Positions 28,202 through 38,805 of a stretch of 60,275 bases of DNA are shown one piece after another. Position numbers and translations under genes: made by a program. Position 1 is the first letter of the stretch. Each line of letters opens with the position of its first letter. The notes beneath the pieces were generated by a model. The model worked only from the letters and a program-made list of their open reading frames with translations. It made no database searches and was not told where the DNA came from. Source of the DNA: Anaerolineae bacterium (lineage in GTDB: Bacteria; Chloroflexota; Anaerolineae; Aggregatilineales; Phototrophicaceae); the NCBI GenBank assembly GCA_019912985.1, contig JAIOHN010000079.1:1-60275 (forward strand), read 5' to 3'.

Positions 28202-29263
28202 ATGTTTCACCAGAAGGTTCGAGTCGCCGTCAATGGCTACGGTATCATCGGTAAGCGAATCGCCGATGCAGTTGCGGTGCAAGACGATATGGAACTGGTC
28301 GGTGTCGCTGATGTTGTTACCGATTGGCGCATCAAGGTGGCCCTCGAAAAAGGACTTCCTGTTTTCGCATCGACATCAGAGGCTGCTGTGCAAATGCGGG
28401 CTGCTGGCATTCCGTTAACCGGCACGTTCAACGAGCTGCTTAACCAGGTTGACGTGATTGCCGATGCCACCCCAAAGAAAGTCGCGGCAGCTAACCTGGA
28501 AAAGTATCGCGCCGCGGGCGTGAAGTCGGTCTTTCAGGGTGGCGAGAAGCACAGTCTGACCGGTCACTCTTTTGTGGCCCAAGCCAACTACGCCACTGCG
28601 CTAGGCCGCGATACCACACGGGTGGTTTCATGCAATACCACCAGCATCGTTCGCACACTAGGTGCGCTGAGGCAAGCCGGGTTACTGAAGAAAGCGCGCG
28701 GAGTCCTTGTTCGCCGCGCGACCGATCCCTGGGAGTCAGATCACAGTGGGGTAATGAACACGGTTGTCCCTGAAACCACCATTCCCTCGCACCAAGGACC
28801 GGATGCTCAGACGGTCATCCCTGATCTGGACGTCGTTACCATCGCGGTTGTAGCAGCTCATACGACCAGTCATCTGCACGCCTGGAGCGTGGAACTTACC
28901 CGCGCTGCAACCAAAGACGAAGTGCTGGCTACCTTCCGCGCGGTTCCTCGTATCGCTTTTCTGCAAGCCGGGGACGGAATCGTTGCATTGAACAGTACCT
29001 TGGAGTTGATGGCTGATCTAGGCCGTCCTCGCGGCGACATGTGGGAGGTGGGACTGTGGGAAGACAGTCTGACCGTGAAGGGGAATGAGGTGTTCTACAA
29101 TTACCAGGTCTACAATCAGGCCATTGTGGTTCCCGAAACTATTGATGCTATTCGCGCGCTCAACGGCATCGAGCAAGACGGGATGAAGTCTATTGCCAGG
29201 ACGGATCAGGCGATGGGGCTGGTACGCGAGTTCGTTGGGCAGCGCGAGGCGGCTACCTACTGA
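28202..29263 (+). CDS. gap: type II (archaeal-type) glyceraldehyde-3-phosphate dehydrogenase
   Basis: GGGAGG RBS. VRVAVNGYGIIGKRIADAVAVQDDMELVGV, FQGGEKH and RVVSCNTTSIVRTL closely follow the archaeal class II GAPDH pattern. Confidence 0.85.
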   Translation: MFHQKVRVAVNGYGIIGKRIADAVAVQDDMELVGVADVVTDWRIKVALEKGLPVFASTSEAAVQMRAAGIPLTGTFNELLNQVDVIADATPKKVAAANLEKYRAAGVKSVFQGGEKHSLTGHSFVAQANYATALGRDTTRVVSCNTTSIVRTLGALRQAGLLKKARGVLVRRATDPWESDHSGVMNTVVPETTIPSHQGPDAQTVIPDLDVVTIAVVAAHTTSHLHAWSVELTRAATKDEVLATFRAVPRIAFLQAGDGIVALNSTLELMADLGRPRGDMWEVGLWEDSLTVKGNEVFYNYQVYNQAIVVPETIDAIRALNGIEQDGMKSIARTDQAMGLVREFVGQREAATY

Positions 29264-29297
29264 GGGTTTGACTTGATTTCATCCAGGAGGTTCTATT

Positions 29298-30899
29298 ATG
29301 CAAGTGCAAGGCGCAGTCCACAGTTCATACGGCCTTGAAAATCATGGTATCCAGAACGTCAATATGGTGTACTGGAATCTCTCGACGTCGCTGCTGTATG
29401 AGGAGGCCATTCGCCGCCGTGAGGGGCGGCTGGCCCATCTCGGGCCGCTCGTGGTGCGCACAGGTCACCACACGGGGCGCTCACCGAACGATAAATTCAT
29501 CGTGCGCGAGCCATCCAGCGAGAGCAAAATCTGGTGGGGCAAAATCAACCAACCCATGGAACCAGACAAGTTCGCAACGCTTCATCTGAGGCTGCTGGCC
29601 TACCTGCAAGGCAAAGATGTGTTCGTGCAAGATTGTTCTGCGGGAGCGGACCCGGCTTACCGCCTGCCTATTCGTATCATCACCCAAACCGCGTGGCACA
29701 ACCTGTTCGCGCGCAATATGTTCATCCAGGCGGAACCAGAAGAGTTGGCGGCGCATACGCCGCAGTTTACCGTCATTGATACGCCTGGCTTTCACGCCAT
29801 CCCCGAACTGGATGGCACACGTTCTGAAGTGTTCATTGTCATCAATTTTGAGCAAAAGCTTGTGCTTATCGGCGGCACGCAGTATGCAGGAGAAATCAAA
29901 AAGGCGATCTTCACGGTGATGAATTATCTGCTGCCGCAGCAGAACGTCATGTCTATGCACTGCTCAGCTAACATTGGCTCAGATGGCGACACAGCAGTCT
30001 TTTTTGGACTCTCCGGCACCGGCAAAACCACGTTGTCGGCGGAACCCACACGTACACTTGTTGGTGATGACGAGCATGGCTGGAGCGACCGGGGTGTCTT
30101 CAACTTCGAAGGCGGCTGCTATGCGAAGGTAATCCGTCTGTCGCCGCAGGCAGAACCGGAGATATATGAAACCACGCGCCGCTTTGGGACTATTCTCGAG
30201 AACGTGGCGTTTGACAGCGCCACAGGCCGTTTGAGCCTGGACGATGACACGCTGACTGAAAATACGCGGGCTGCTTACCCAATCAGCCATATTCCTAACG
30301 CGACCCGAGATGGTCTTGGCGGTCACCCGACCAACATCATCATGCTGACCGCCGACGCCTTTGGGGTACTTCCTCCGATTGCTAGACTTACCCCAGCGCA
30401 GGCGATGTATCATTTCCTTTCCGGCTACACCGCCAAAGTTGCCGGGACGGAGCAGGGCATCACTGAGCCGCAGGCCACCTTTAGCGCCTGCTTCGGCGCG
30501 CCCTTCATGGCACTCTCGCCGACTGTGTATGCTGATCTCCTAGGCGAGAAAATCACCAGGCATCAGGTTAATGTCTGGTTGATAAATACCGGTTGGAGCG
30601 GCGGGCCATACGGTGTGGGGGAGCGGATGAAAATCGCCTACACCCGAGCAATGGTTCATGCTGCGTTGAGCGGCGAACTCACAGAGGTTGCGACGATCCC
30701 CGATCCCATCTTTGGCGTTGCCGTGCCTGCAAGTGTCCCCGACGTACCATCAGAAGTTCTCAACCCGCGCAATACCTGGATGGATAAGGAAGCCTATGAC
30801 ACACAGGCCCACAAACTGGCGGTTATGTTTTCTGAGAACTTCAAGGCGTTTAACGATCAGGTTTCGTCTGAGGTGAAGGTTGCCGGACCCAAGTTGTAA
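29298..30899 (+). CDS. pckA: phosphoenolpyruvate carboxykinase (ATP)
   Basis: [38 protein letters not shown]-like LVGDDEHGW, and NTGWSGG. Confidence 0.9.
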   Translation: MQVQGAVHSSYGLENHGIQNVNMVYWNLSTSLLYEEAIRRREGRLAHLGPLVVRTGHHTGRSPNDKFIVREPSSESKIWWGKINQPMEPDKFATLHLRLLAYLQGKDVFVQDCSAGADPAYRLPIRIITQTAWHNLFARNMFIQAEPEELAAHTPQFTVIDTPGFHAIPELDGTRSEVFIVINFEQKLVLIGGTQYAGEIKKAIFTVMNYLLPQQNVMSMHCSANIGSDGDTAVFFGLSGTGKTTLSAEPTRTLVGDDEHGWSDRGVFNFEGGCYAKVIRLSPQAEPEIYETTRRFGTILENVAFDSATGRLSLDDDTLTENTRAAYPISHIPNATRDGLGGHPTNIIMLTADAFGVLPPIARLTPAQAMYHFLSGYTAKVAGTEQGITEPQATFSACFGAPFMALSPTVYADLLGEKITRHQVNVWLINTGWSGGPYGVGERMKIAYTRAMVHAALSGELTEVATIPDPIFGVAVPASVPDVPSEVLNPRNTWMDKEAYDTQAHKLAVMFSENFKAFNDQVSSEVKVAGPKL

Positions 30900-30943
30900 T
30901 CGGGGTCACATAAGATCAGCTGAAGGCAGCGTTGGGGATAAAA

Positions 30944-32584
30944 ATGGTGATCCAGTTTCTCATTGACAATCCGCTATTCATGCTGTTTTTAATCGCAGCT
31001 ATTGGCTATCCGTTAGGGCGTATCAAGATTCGCGGAAGCAGCCTGGGCGTCGCAGCCGTACTGTTTGTGGGTCTCGCTATAGGCGCATTAGACCCAAACC
31101 TGAAGCTGCCTGACGTGCTTTACCAGCTTGGTTTGGTCGTGTTCGTCTACACCATTGGCTTGAGCAGTGGGCCGGGGTTTTTTGCCTCACTGCGACGCAA
31201 GGGGTTGCGTGACAACCTCTTCATAGCGGTGATGCTGATGCTGGCGACGGGCCTGACCATCGTCATATATGGTGCGCTTCGCCTGACACCGGCGCTGACA
31301 GCGGGCATGTATGCAGGTAGCCTTACCAATACACCGGCGTTGGCGAATGTGCTGGATTATATTGAAAACTATACGCCTCAAACCGAGATTGACCAGTTGC
31401 TTGTTGAGCCAGTGGTGGGCTATTCACTGACCTATCCCATGGGTGTGATCGGTATGATCCTTGGGATCTCCCTGATGCAGCGGCTCTGGAAGGTGGATTA
31501 CACTCGCGAAGCGCGGAGCCTGCCGGAATCCGAGGCAGGAAAACCGCTGCAAGGCCGTACTGTTCACATTACTGCCCCTGAAGCTGCTCAGGCCACCATC
31601 GAGGAACTGGTTCAGCAACAGGGATGGGATGTGATCTTTGGGCGCCTACAACATCGCGGCCACGTCTCGCTTTCCAATGGTCAGAGCCGTTTCGAGATGG
31701 GAGATTTGGTAAGTGTTATTGGCTCGCCTGAGGAACTTGACGTTGTAACCGCCTATCTGGGCAAAGTGAGCGATGAACAACTTGAATTCGACCGGAGCCT
31801 GCTCGACCACCGGCGTGTCTTCGTCTCCAATCCCAGGGTGGTGGGGCATCGCCTGCGTGACCTCAACCTGCCTCAGCATTTCGGTGCCCTGGTGACTCGC
31901 TTGCGACGTGGTGACGTGGATTTTCTACCCCATGAGGACACGGTGTTACAGCCTGGCGACCGGGTGCGAGTGGTCGCGCCACGCACACATATGGACGCAG
32001 TGAGCGCTTTTTTCGGCGATTCCTATCGTTCTCTAAGCGAAATTGATTTCATGACCTTTAGCCTTGGCCTGGCGCTGGGACTGCTGCTGGGGCTGATCCC
32101 GATCCCGCTGCCGAGCGGTATGACCCTCAGACTTGGATTGGCGGGCGGCCCACTGATCGTCGCCATGGTACTGGGGAGACTGGGACGCACCGGTCCGCTG
32201 GTGTGGAGCCTGCCCTACAGTGCTAACCTTACCTTGCGCCAGGTGGGTTTGATCCTTTTCTTAGCTGGGGTGGGCACGCGCTCCGGCTATGCCTTTGTGA
32301 CCACCCTCACTCAGGGCCAGGGGGCGGCGATTTTCCTGGCCGGCGCATCTATCACTTTTAGCGTCGCCCTGGCGACTCTCTGGGTGGGACATCAATTCCT
32401 CAAAATACCGATGGGCTTGCTGATCGGGATGCTGTCCGGCTTACAGACACAGCCTGCGGTGCTGGGTTTCGCATTGGAACAAGCCGACAATGAATTGCCC
32501 AACATCGGCTACGCCGCTGTCTATCCTACCGCCACGATCGCTAAAATTCTCGTAGCGCAATTACTGGTGGTTGTTTTATGGTGA
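30944..32584 (+). CDS. YidE/YbjL/AspT-family transporter with two internal RCK_C (TrkA-C) domains
   Basis: N- and C-terminal TM bundles flank two RCK_C-like segments (GDLVSVIGSPEELD and LQPGDRVRVVA). Confidence 0.75.
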   Translation: MVIQFLIDNPLFMLFLIAAIGYPLGRIKIRGSSLGVAAVLFVGLAIGALDPNLKLPDVLYQLGLVVFVYTIGLSSGPGFFASLRRKGLRDNLFIAVMLMLATGLTIVIYGALRLTPALTAGMYAGSLTNTPALANVLDYIENYTPQTEIDQLLVEPVVGYSLTYPMGVIGMILGISLMQRLWKVDYTREARSLPESEAGKPLQGRTVHITAPEAAQATIEELVQQQGWDVIFGRLQHRGHVSLSNGQSRFEMGDLVSVIGSPEELDVVTAYLGKVSDEQLEFDRSLLDHRRVFVSNPRVVGHRLRDLNLPQHFGALVTRLRRGDVDFLPHEDTVLQPGDRVRVVAPRTHMDAVSAFFGDSYRSLSEIDFMTFSLGLALGLLLGLIPIPLPSGMTLRLGLAGGPLIVAMVLGRLGRTGPLVWSLPYSANLTLRQVGLILFLAGVGTRSGYAFVTTLTQGQGAAIFLAGASITFSVALATLWVGHQFLKIPMGLLIGMLSGLQTQPAVLGFALEQADNELPNIGYAAVYPTATIAKILVAQLLVVVLW

Positions 32585-32888
32585 AAACGGCGCAATCTTA
32601 CCCGAATATTAGAAACAGTATTCTTTTAGTGGAAAGTGGTGGCAAGTATGAAACGAATTGTACATAAATTGCAGAAGAGTCGTATTTCTCATAATGATGG
32701 AGTTAGTCATATCAAGGCAGGATCACGGGGCTTTTGTTTGATGAAGACGAAACATTATAAGACGAGCAGATACATCAGCGAGGTCTTCCCATACAGATGG
32801 TCTTCCCTGGGCGTGTAATGGTGTTGATGTCTCTACAGTTGGTGTATACATCAGGGAAAAAAACACTAAGTAGAGTAGATATAACCAA

Positions 32889-33554
32889 ATGATGATTTTG
32901 AACTTGCTCGTTGTCGAAGATGAACCCGAATTTGCCGACTATCTGCGACGCGGACTGTCATATGACGGCTATCAGGTTCGGGTTGCCTCCTCCGCTGAAG
33001 CCGGACTGGAAGAGGTTCGTCGAAGTCCACCTGATTTGATTATTTTCGATGTGATGCTGCCTCTTATGGATGGCATTATGGCTTGTCGTTGTCTGCGTGA
33101 ATGGGGATACGCTGGCCCCGTATTGATGCTGACCGCCCGCGATGCGATTGATGATCGTGTGACCGGGTTAGATTCCGGCGCAGATGACTATCTGGCAAAA
33201 CCCTTTGATTTTGATGAACTTTTGGCGCGATTACGGGCGCTTCTGCGCCGCAGGGGTTATGGAACCTCAATTCTCTCCTTTGCTGACGTGGAACTAGATA
33301 CTCGTCTTCGCACAGCCGCACGTCGCGGTTCAACCATCACTCTGAGCCGCACTGAGTATGATTTACTGCTCTTTTTTCTATCTTACCCGGAACAAACGCT
33401 TACCCGTGAAGTCTTGCTTGAAAATATTTGGGGCACCGCGCCGGGATTGAATTCTAATGTGCTCGATATTTATATTTCTCGCCTTCGCCACAAACTCGGA
33501 GAACCGCCGCTTATCCACACCCTCTATGGCATTGGTTATGTGTTAAAAAAATGA
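32889..33554 (+). CDS. OmpR-family response regulator
   Basis: Receiver domain (LVVEDEPEF...DLIIFDVMLP...KPF) plus winged helix (LSRTEYDLLLFFL...IHTLYGIGYVLK). Confidence 0.9.
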   Translation: MMILNLLVVEDEPEFADYLRRGLSYDGYQVRVASSAEAGLEEVRRSPPDLIIFDVMLPLMDGIMACRCLREWGYAGPVLMLTARDAIDDRVTGLDSGADDYLAKPFDFDELLARLRALLRRRGYGTSILSFADVELDTRLRTAARRGSTITLSRTEYDLLLFFLSYPEQTLTREVLLENIWGTAPGLNSNVLDIYISRLRHKLGEPPLIHTLYGIGYVLKK

Positions 33555-34921
33555 TTTCACTGAAGTGGCGACTCACCTTATGGTACGTAGCCTTCACAGT
33601 TTTCGGGCTGTTAGGGTTGATGTCCATTTCTTATTATTTGTTTTCTATATCGCTTCAGAACGAGATTGACCGCACCCTCGCCGAGCGCGCCAATCATGTC
33701 GTTGACGCGCTCGCCATCACCCCGAATCGCCCGATACAGGGCGTCTCTTTGGGAACAACGGATGAGTTCAGCGCGCCAGGGGTCTTCCTGCAAATTCTAA
33801 ACGCCGATGGAGAAGTCGTCGCCCGTTCTTTCAATCTAGGCACACGGCGGCTGCCGCTGCCAACCCTAAGCGAGGTGAAAACGCTCGCCCCTTCGTACTA
33901 TACGCTGCGGATTGACGAACAGCCAGTTCGTCTCTCTTACAAACCGCTGACGCGCGAGGGCAGAATTGTGGGCGTAGTGCAGGTTGGTCAATCGCTCATT
34001 GGTTTGGAGACCACTCTGAGCCAGCTACGCTTGATTTACACCATCGGCGCAGCCGCCGTACTGCTCTTTGGTCTACTCACCGGTTGGGTGGTTGCACATT
34101 TCGGTCTAAAGCCGGTTGTACACCTCACAGCTACTGCACGGGACATCGTTCGCGCTGAAGACCTCGCACGCCGTGTGCCCGCTCCTAGAACAAAAGATGA
34201 AATTGCAGTTTTAGCAGCTACCTTCAACCAGATGTTAGACCGGCTTCAATCGTTGTTTGAGGGGCAGCACCAATTCCTGTCTGAAGTCGCCCACGAGCTG
34301 CGTACTCCGCTGAGTACCATGCTGGGTAATGTCGATCTGATTGTCCATTATGGGGAAGATGCAGAACGGCGTAGCGAGACGATCAGGGCGCTCCAGCGCA
34401 CCGGACGGCACGTCGCTCGACTGTTAGACGATTTGCTGCTTCTGGCCCAAGCCGAGGCTGGATGGCATCTCCAGATGCGCCCTTTTTCGATTGACGACAT
34501 TCTGATTGAAGTTTACGAAGCCTCATTCAACCCTAAGCTCCAACTCCAGACCTGCGAGCCTGCTTACGTGCAAGGCGATCCAGACCGTCTGCGCCAGGTC
34601 CTCATGAACCTGCTTGACAACGCGATGAAATATTCGCCTTCAGAAAGCATCATTGCGCTTGACTTATGGCGGGAGAATGATCGCGTATGGATGCAGGTCA
34701 GAAATGTTGGAGCCAACATTCCACAGGAGGCCCTTTCGCAAGTCTTTGCCCCCTTTTTCCGTCTACAGACACATTCGTGGCAGCCGGGCACCGGGTTAGG
34801 GTTAACGATCGTGCGCTGGATCGTCCAGGAACACGGCGGCGAAATCAGTGTCGAGAGTTCCCTTGAAAACGGGATGACTATCAAATTCTGGCTGCCAGCA
34901 TACGACTTACCCGTCACGTAA
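33551..34921 (+). CDS. sensor histidine kinase (2 TM, HAMP, HisKA, HATPase_c)
   Basis: 4-nt overlap with the regulator gene. H-box FLSEVAHELRTPLS, N-box LLDNAMKYS, G-box GTGLGLTIV. Confidence 0.9.
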   Translation: MISLKWRLTLWYVAFTVFGLLGLMSISYYLFSISLQNEIDRTLAERANHVVDALAITPNRPIQGVSLGTTDEFSAPGVFLQILNADGEVVARSFNLGTRRLPLPTLSEVKTLAPSYYTLRIDEQPVRLSYKPLTREGRIVGVVQVGQSLIGLETTLSQLRLIYTIGAAAVLLFGLLTGWVVAHFGLKPVVHLTATARDIVRAEDLARRVPAPRTKDEIAVLAATFNQMLDRLQSLFEGQHQFLSEVAHELRTPLSTMLGNVDLIVHYGEDAERRSETIRALQRTGRHVARLLDDLLLLAQAEAGWHLQMRPFSIDDILIEVYEASFNPKLQLQTCEPAYVQGDPDRLRQVLMNLLDNAMKYSPSESIIALDLWRENDRVWMQVRNVGANIPQEALSQVFAPFFRLQTHSWQPGTGLGLTIVRWIVQEHGGEISVESSLENGMTIKFWLPAYDLPVT

Positions 34922-34987
34922 TTGAAACTGAGACAGTTGTTCCTTTCTCTGTTCAGGGTAACTGAAATATAACCTTTTCTCATCAAA

Positions 34988-35017
34988 TTGACAGAATTTG
35001 GAGAGAACTTTTTAAAT
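34988..35017 (+). promoter_or_regulatory. sigma70-like promoter candidate (TTGACA, 18 nt, TTAAAT)
   Basis: TTGACA at 34988-34993 and TTAAAT at 35012-35017, about 100 nt upstream of the CDF::HflK gene. Confidence 0.35.
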
Positions 35018-35115
35018 CGGTTTGGTTAGTCTTTATGAGTTTATGGCTTGCATATATTCCGAGGATAACCCAGAACTTCTCACCTTGCTAATGGATTATC
35101 GTGAACAGTTGAATT

Positions 35116-36666
35116 ATGAACCGCAAAGAACGCACCATATTCGTAACGATTATCGTCAATATCCTGCTGATCCTCTTCAAATTCGGGTTAGCGGGCGCTT
35201 CTGGAAGTGAGGCGCTCCAAGCAAGCGCTGTTCATTCGGTCACGGATGCGGCGATTGGCGTATTTGTTCTGCTCGGCCTGTTCATTGGTCGATGGGATGC
35301 CTCGCGTCCAGCGGTCAAGCAGCGCTTTAGCCAGATTGAGAATTGGATCGCTCTGGTTGTGGCAGCAGCCATCTTCTACGTCGCCTACGACATCGTAATC
35401 GAAGTCTTGAGCGGTGAAACGCCCGAACTCCGAAATCTCGGTGTGATCACTATTGCTTCTCTGATCACAGTGGCCGCCGCCTATTTCATCGCACGTTATA
35501 AACAGTATGTCGGTAAGCAGACCAACTCGCCAGCGCTGCTCGCCAGCGGCGCACACTCGCAAATGGACATTTATGCGGCCATTGTGGTGGTGGTCGGACT
35601 GGCGGGGTCGGCGCTAGGGCTGCCCAATCTTGACCGAGCAGCAGCAGCGGTCGTGGTCGTATTCATCGTGTTTTCGGGTTACGAAATTGCTGTTTCTGCT
35701 ATCAGCGCCCTTCGCCGACATGAGGTGTTAGAAATTGATGGCGAACCCGGCCATCAACATGCACCGAGAAAATTGTGGCGATTATTTCTCCCGATTGCAG
35801 GCATATCTCTGGTCATTGTGTATTTGCTCTCCGGGTTATACGTCGTTCAGCCCGGAGAGATTGCCGTTGTCCGTCGTTTTGGGCAAGTCGTCACGCCTGA
35901 TGTTGGACCAGGGCTGCACTACCGATTACCCTGGCCCATAGATCGCGTTGATATCGTGGATGCCGCGTCTATCCGGCGCGCTGAACCCGGGGCGAGCCTG
36001 ATGCTGACTGGCGATCAAAATCTGATCTCAGTGCGCTTCAGCCTACACTATGTTGTGACTGATGCAGCGGCTTTTCTGCTGAATGTTGGCGATCCAGCCC
36101 GACTGGTCACGCAGGCTGGCGAGTCCGCCATGCGCCAGGTGGTTGCCCAGGAAAGTGTGGATTCGTTATTGACGGTAGACAAGGCAGAAATCGAAGAACG
36201 GGTGAACGCATTCGCGCAGTCCACGTTGGACGCTTACAACGCCGGACTACAAGTTGTTGGTATACAACTTCTTGAAAGCAATCCGCCGGCTGAAGTCGCA
36301 GATGCGTTCCGCGACATCGCCAGCGCCCGTGAGGATCAAAATACGTTTATTAACGAGGCTCAGGCTTATGCCAACGAGATCGTTCCGATAGCGCGTGGCG
36401 ATGCTGCGACTACCGTTCAAAACGCGAATGCCTACTACTCTGAAAAAATCGGTCAGGCCAATGGCGATGCGGTGGTGTTCGCCAATCAGCAGGCAGCCTA
36501 CGCCGAGTCGTCGGACATCACCCGTCTACGCATGTATCTCGTTGCGATGGAAAGCGTTCTACCGGGCGTGCGCAAATTTATCCTCGATCCAAGCATCCAG
36601 CTAGAGACAACTGATTTGTGGTTTCAGGGTGGCAGCAGCATTCAATCACTGCCACCGCTGCCGTAA
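35116..36666 (+). CDS. chimeric protein: cation-diffusion-facilitator TM core fused to an HflK-like SPFH domain
   Basis: N-terminal half has six TM segments with both HxxxD site motifs (AVHSVTD, AHSQMD). C-terminal half has a TM helix plus VQPGEIAVVRRFGQV...GLHYRLPWPIDRVDIV and an SPFH/coiled tail. Confidence 0.8.
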   Translation: MNRKERTIFVTIIVNILLILFKFGLAGASGSEALQASAVHSVTDAAIGVFVLLGLFIGRWDASRPAVKQRFSQIENWIALVVAAAIFYVAYDIVIEVLSGETPELRNLGVITIASLITVAAAYFIARYKQYVGKQTNSPALLASGAHSQMDIYAAIVVVVGLAGSALGLPNLDRAAAAVVVVFIVFSGYEIAVSAISALRRHEVLEIDGEPGHQHAPRKLWRLFLPIAGISLVIVYLLSGLYVVQPGEIAVVRRFGQVVTPDVGPGLHYRLPWPIDRVDIVDAASIRRAEPGASLMLTGDQNLISVRFSLHYVVTDAAAFLLNVGDPARLVTQAGESAMRQVVAQESVDSLLTVDKAEIEERVNAFAQSTLDAYNAGLQVVGIQLLESNPPAEVADAFRDIASAREDQNTFINEAQAYANEIVPIARGDAATTVQNANAYYSEKIGQANGDAVVFANQQAAYAESSDITRLRMYLVAMESVLPGVRKFILDPSIQLETTDLWFQGGSSIQSLPPLP

Positions 36667-36681
36667 AAATGGAGTTGCGAT

Positions 36682-37662
36682 ATGAAAATCCTGCGAAATG
36701 TCATCATCGCCGTGATTGCGCTCGGTTTTTTGGCGATCAATCTGGTCTTTTTCCAGGTTGACGCGACCGAGGCGGCGGTTGTGACCCAATTTGGTGAACC
36801 TGTACGCACGATCACCGACCCTGGCTTGTACACTAAGCTCCCAGACCCGCTTCAGAGTGTCGTTCGTATCAACACTCAGCTACAGGTATACAACCTGCCA
36901 CGGACTGAGTTCCTGACCAGCGACCGTAATAACATCGTGCTTGAGGCCTATGCAACCTGGCAGGTCACGGAATCGCTGCTGTTTTTGCGAACTGTACGTG
37001 ATACAGTAAACGCTCAGACTCGACTTGCAGACATCATCAACTCGGAGATCGGCAGCGCGCTCGGTCAGGTTGAGCTACAGCAGTTGGTTTCCACAGATAC
37101 AACCCAGGTCATGCTGTCCGAAACCCTCTCAACGATTACTGAGGAAGCTGCCGCACGTACATCTGATTTCGGTTTCACCGTAACGGATGTACGGCTCCGG
37201 GAACTAACCTTCCCACAGGCAAACCTGACCAGTGTGTTTCAACGCATGAGATCCGAGCGTGAAGCGATTGCTCGGCAGCTTCGTTCCGAAGGGACAGAGC
37301 AAGCAGCGGAAATACGCGCAAATGCAGATGCAGATGCCGCGCAGATTCTCGCCGATGCCAATCAACAGGCGGCAGAGATACGCGGTCAGGCAGACGCAGA
37401 TGCTATTGCGATTTATGCCGCCGCTTTTGGGTTAGACCCCGAATTTTACCAGTTCTCGCGCACATTACAGGCGTATGCAGCGTTTATCGATCAGAACACC
37501 ACCCTGATTTTGCCTTCCGACTCGCCGCTCCTGAATTATCTCAATGCGGCTGGGAGCAGCTTTTCACTGAATCCGGGCGTGGATGACAATCAAGTTGAGC
37601 TCTCGCCTACAGAAGTCGCTCCGGCTGAACCGATGCTGACACCAACACCCCAGGGAGGTTGA
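36682..37662 (+). CDS. HflC-like SPFH/band-7 protein
   Basis: GGAG RBS. N-terminal TM, SPFH core, and an Ala/Gln-rich coiled segment EQAAEIRANADADAAQILADANQQAAEIRGQADADA. Confidence 0.8.
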   Translation: MKILRNVIIAVIALGFLAINLVFFQVDATEAAVVTQFGEPVRTITDPGLYTKLPDPLQSVVRINTQLQVYNLPRTEFLTSDRNNIVLEAYATWQVTESLLFLRTVRDTVNAQTRLADIINSEIGSALGQVELQQLVSTDTTQVMLSETLSTITEEAAARTSDFGFTVTDVRLRELTFPQANLTSVFQRMRSEREAIARQLRSEGTEQAAEIRANADADAAQILADANQQAAEIRGQADADAIAIYAAAFGLDPEFYQFSRTLQAYAAFIDQNTTLILPSDSPLLNYLNAAGSSFSLNPGVDDNQVELSPTEVAPAEPMLTPTPQGG

Positions 37663-37667
37663 ATTCG

Positions 37668-38774
37668 ATGAGTGAGACTCCTCCAACACCACCTGAGCGC
37701 CCATCCCCCAATTGGGGCGATGTGCTGCACAGTGTTGTTCAAGCTCTTGGACGCCTTGCTCGTTTTGTAGCAGGCGATGATGAATCGCCCCTCGCAGACT
37801 TGCAGGCTGCATTTGGCAATCTCAAACCCCATCGTATCCTATTGATGTTGGCGATTTTAGCCGTTCTGGGATACCTGCTGACAGGTATATACGTGGTCGC
37901 GCCGGGGGAAGCGGCGGTAGTACGACGTTTTGGCGCGGTTGTTGAACCCAACGTCGCACCGGGGCTGCACTACCGATTGCCTTGGCCCATTGACCGTGTT
38001 GACATCGTGAACGTCAGTGAGGTGCGCCGTGAGGTGGTCGGTGTCCTCGCTCCTGAAGAAGATCATGTACATCCCGAACCACCTTCAAAATTGCAGGTCT
38101 TATCCGGCGATACCAACGTCATTGATGTCGAGATTATCGTCCAATACCAGGTAGGTGATCCGGCTGCCTATCTTGTCAATGTGGAGTTTGCCCCTTATCG
38201 CCTCGTGCGCGATATCGCGCGTCAGGCGGTAACAATCGTGATGAGTCAACTGCCGGTCGATGCCATTTTGACGACGGAACGCCAAACGCTTCAAAACACT
38301 ATTCGCGCCGAAACGCAGCGGCGCCTGGATGCTTATCAGAGCGGCTTGATTGTTGTAGGGATCAATTTGCAGAAGGCTTTCCCCCCGGACGAGGTAGCGA
38401 ATGCTTTTGTCGATGTGAGCAGCGCACGCGTGGATAGAGAACGCACCATCAACGATGCCAACGGTTACGCGAACAGTCTGCTTCCTCAGACGCGCGGTGA
38501 GGCCCAACAAATACTTGCCAATGCAGCAGCTTATCGTTCAGACATTATCGCACAGGCAAACGGCGAGGCGCAGGCATTCGAGACGATCCTGGCGGAGTAC
38601 CAGACGAATTCCGCAATTTACGGCAAAGACATTACCCACTACCGGCTGTTTTTGGAAACGCTGGAATCGATCCTACCGCGTGCGCAAATTTACGTGGTGA
38701 ATATTCAAAACGGCGAAACGGTGAACCTGCGCTTGCTCGGCAGCGTGTCTCCATCTGAAACACCCGTCCCATGA
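37668..38774 (+). CDS. HflK-like SPFH/band-7 protein
   Basis: GGGAGG RBS. VAPGEAAVVRRFGAVVEPNVAPGLHYRLPWPIDRVDIVNV is paralogous to the C-terminal half of 35116-36666. Confidence 0.8.
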   Translation: MSETPPTPPERPSPNWGDVLHSVVQALGRLARFVAGDDESPLADLQAAFGNLKPHRILLMLAILAVLGYLLTGIYVVAPGEAAVVRRFGAVVEPNVAPGLHYRLPWPIDRVDIVNVSEVRREVVGVLAPEEDHVHPEPPSKLQVLSGDTNVIDVEIIVQYQVGDPAAYLVNVEFAPYRLVRDIARQAVTIVMSQLPVDAILTTERQTLQNTIRAETQRRLDAYQSGLIVVGINLQKAFPPDEVANAFVDVSSARVDRERTINDANGYANSLLPQTRGEAQQILANAAAYRSDIIAQANGEAQAFETILAEYQTNSAIYGKDITHYRLFLETLESILPRAQIYVVNIQNGETVNLRLLGSVSPSETPVP

Positions 38775-38805
38775 AAAATTTCCAGCGGGAGCAAGGTTTT
38801 TAAGC

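Noticed and set aside
32636-32818. 60-aa ORF in the AT-rich spacer
   Set aside because: It has no RBS, its composition is basic and low in complexity, and it lies in a probable promoter region.
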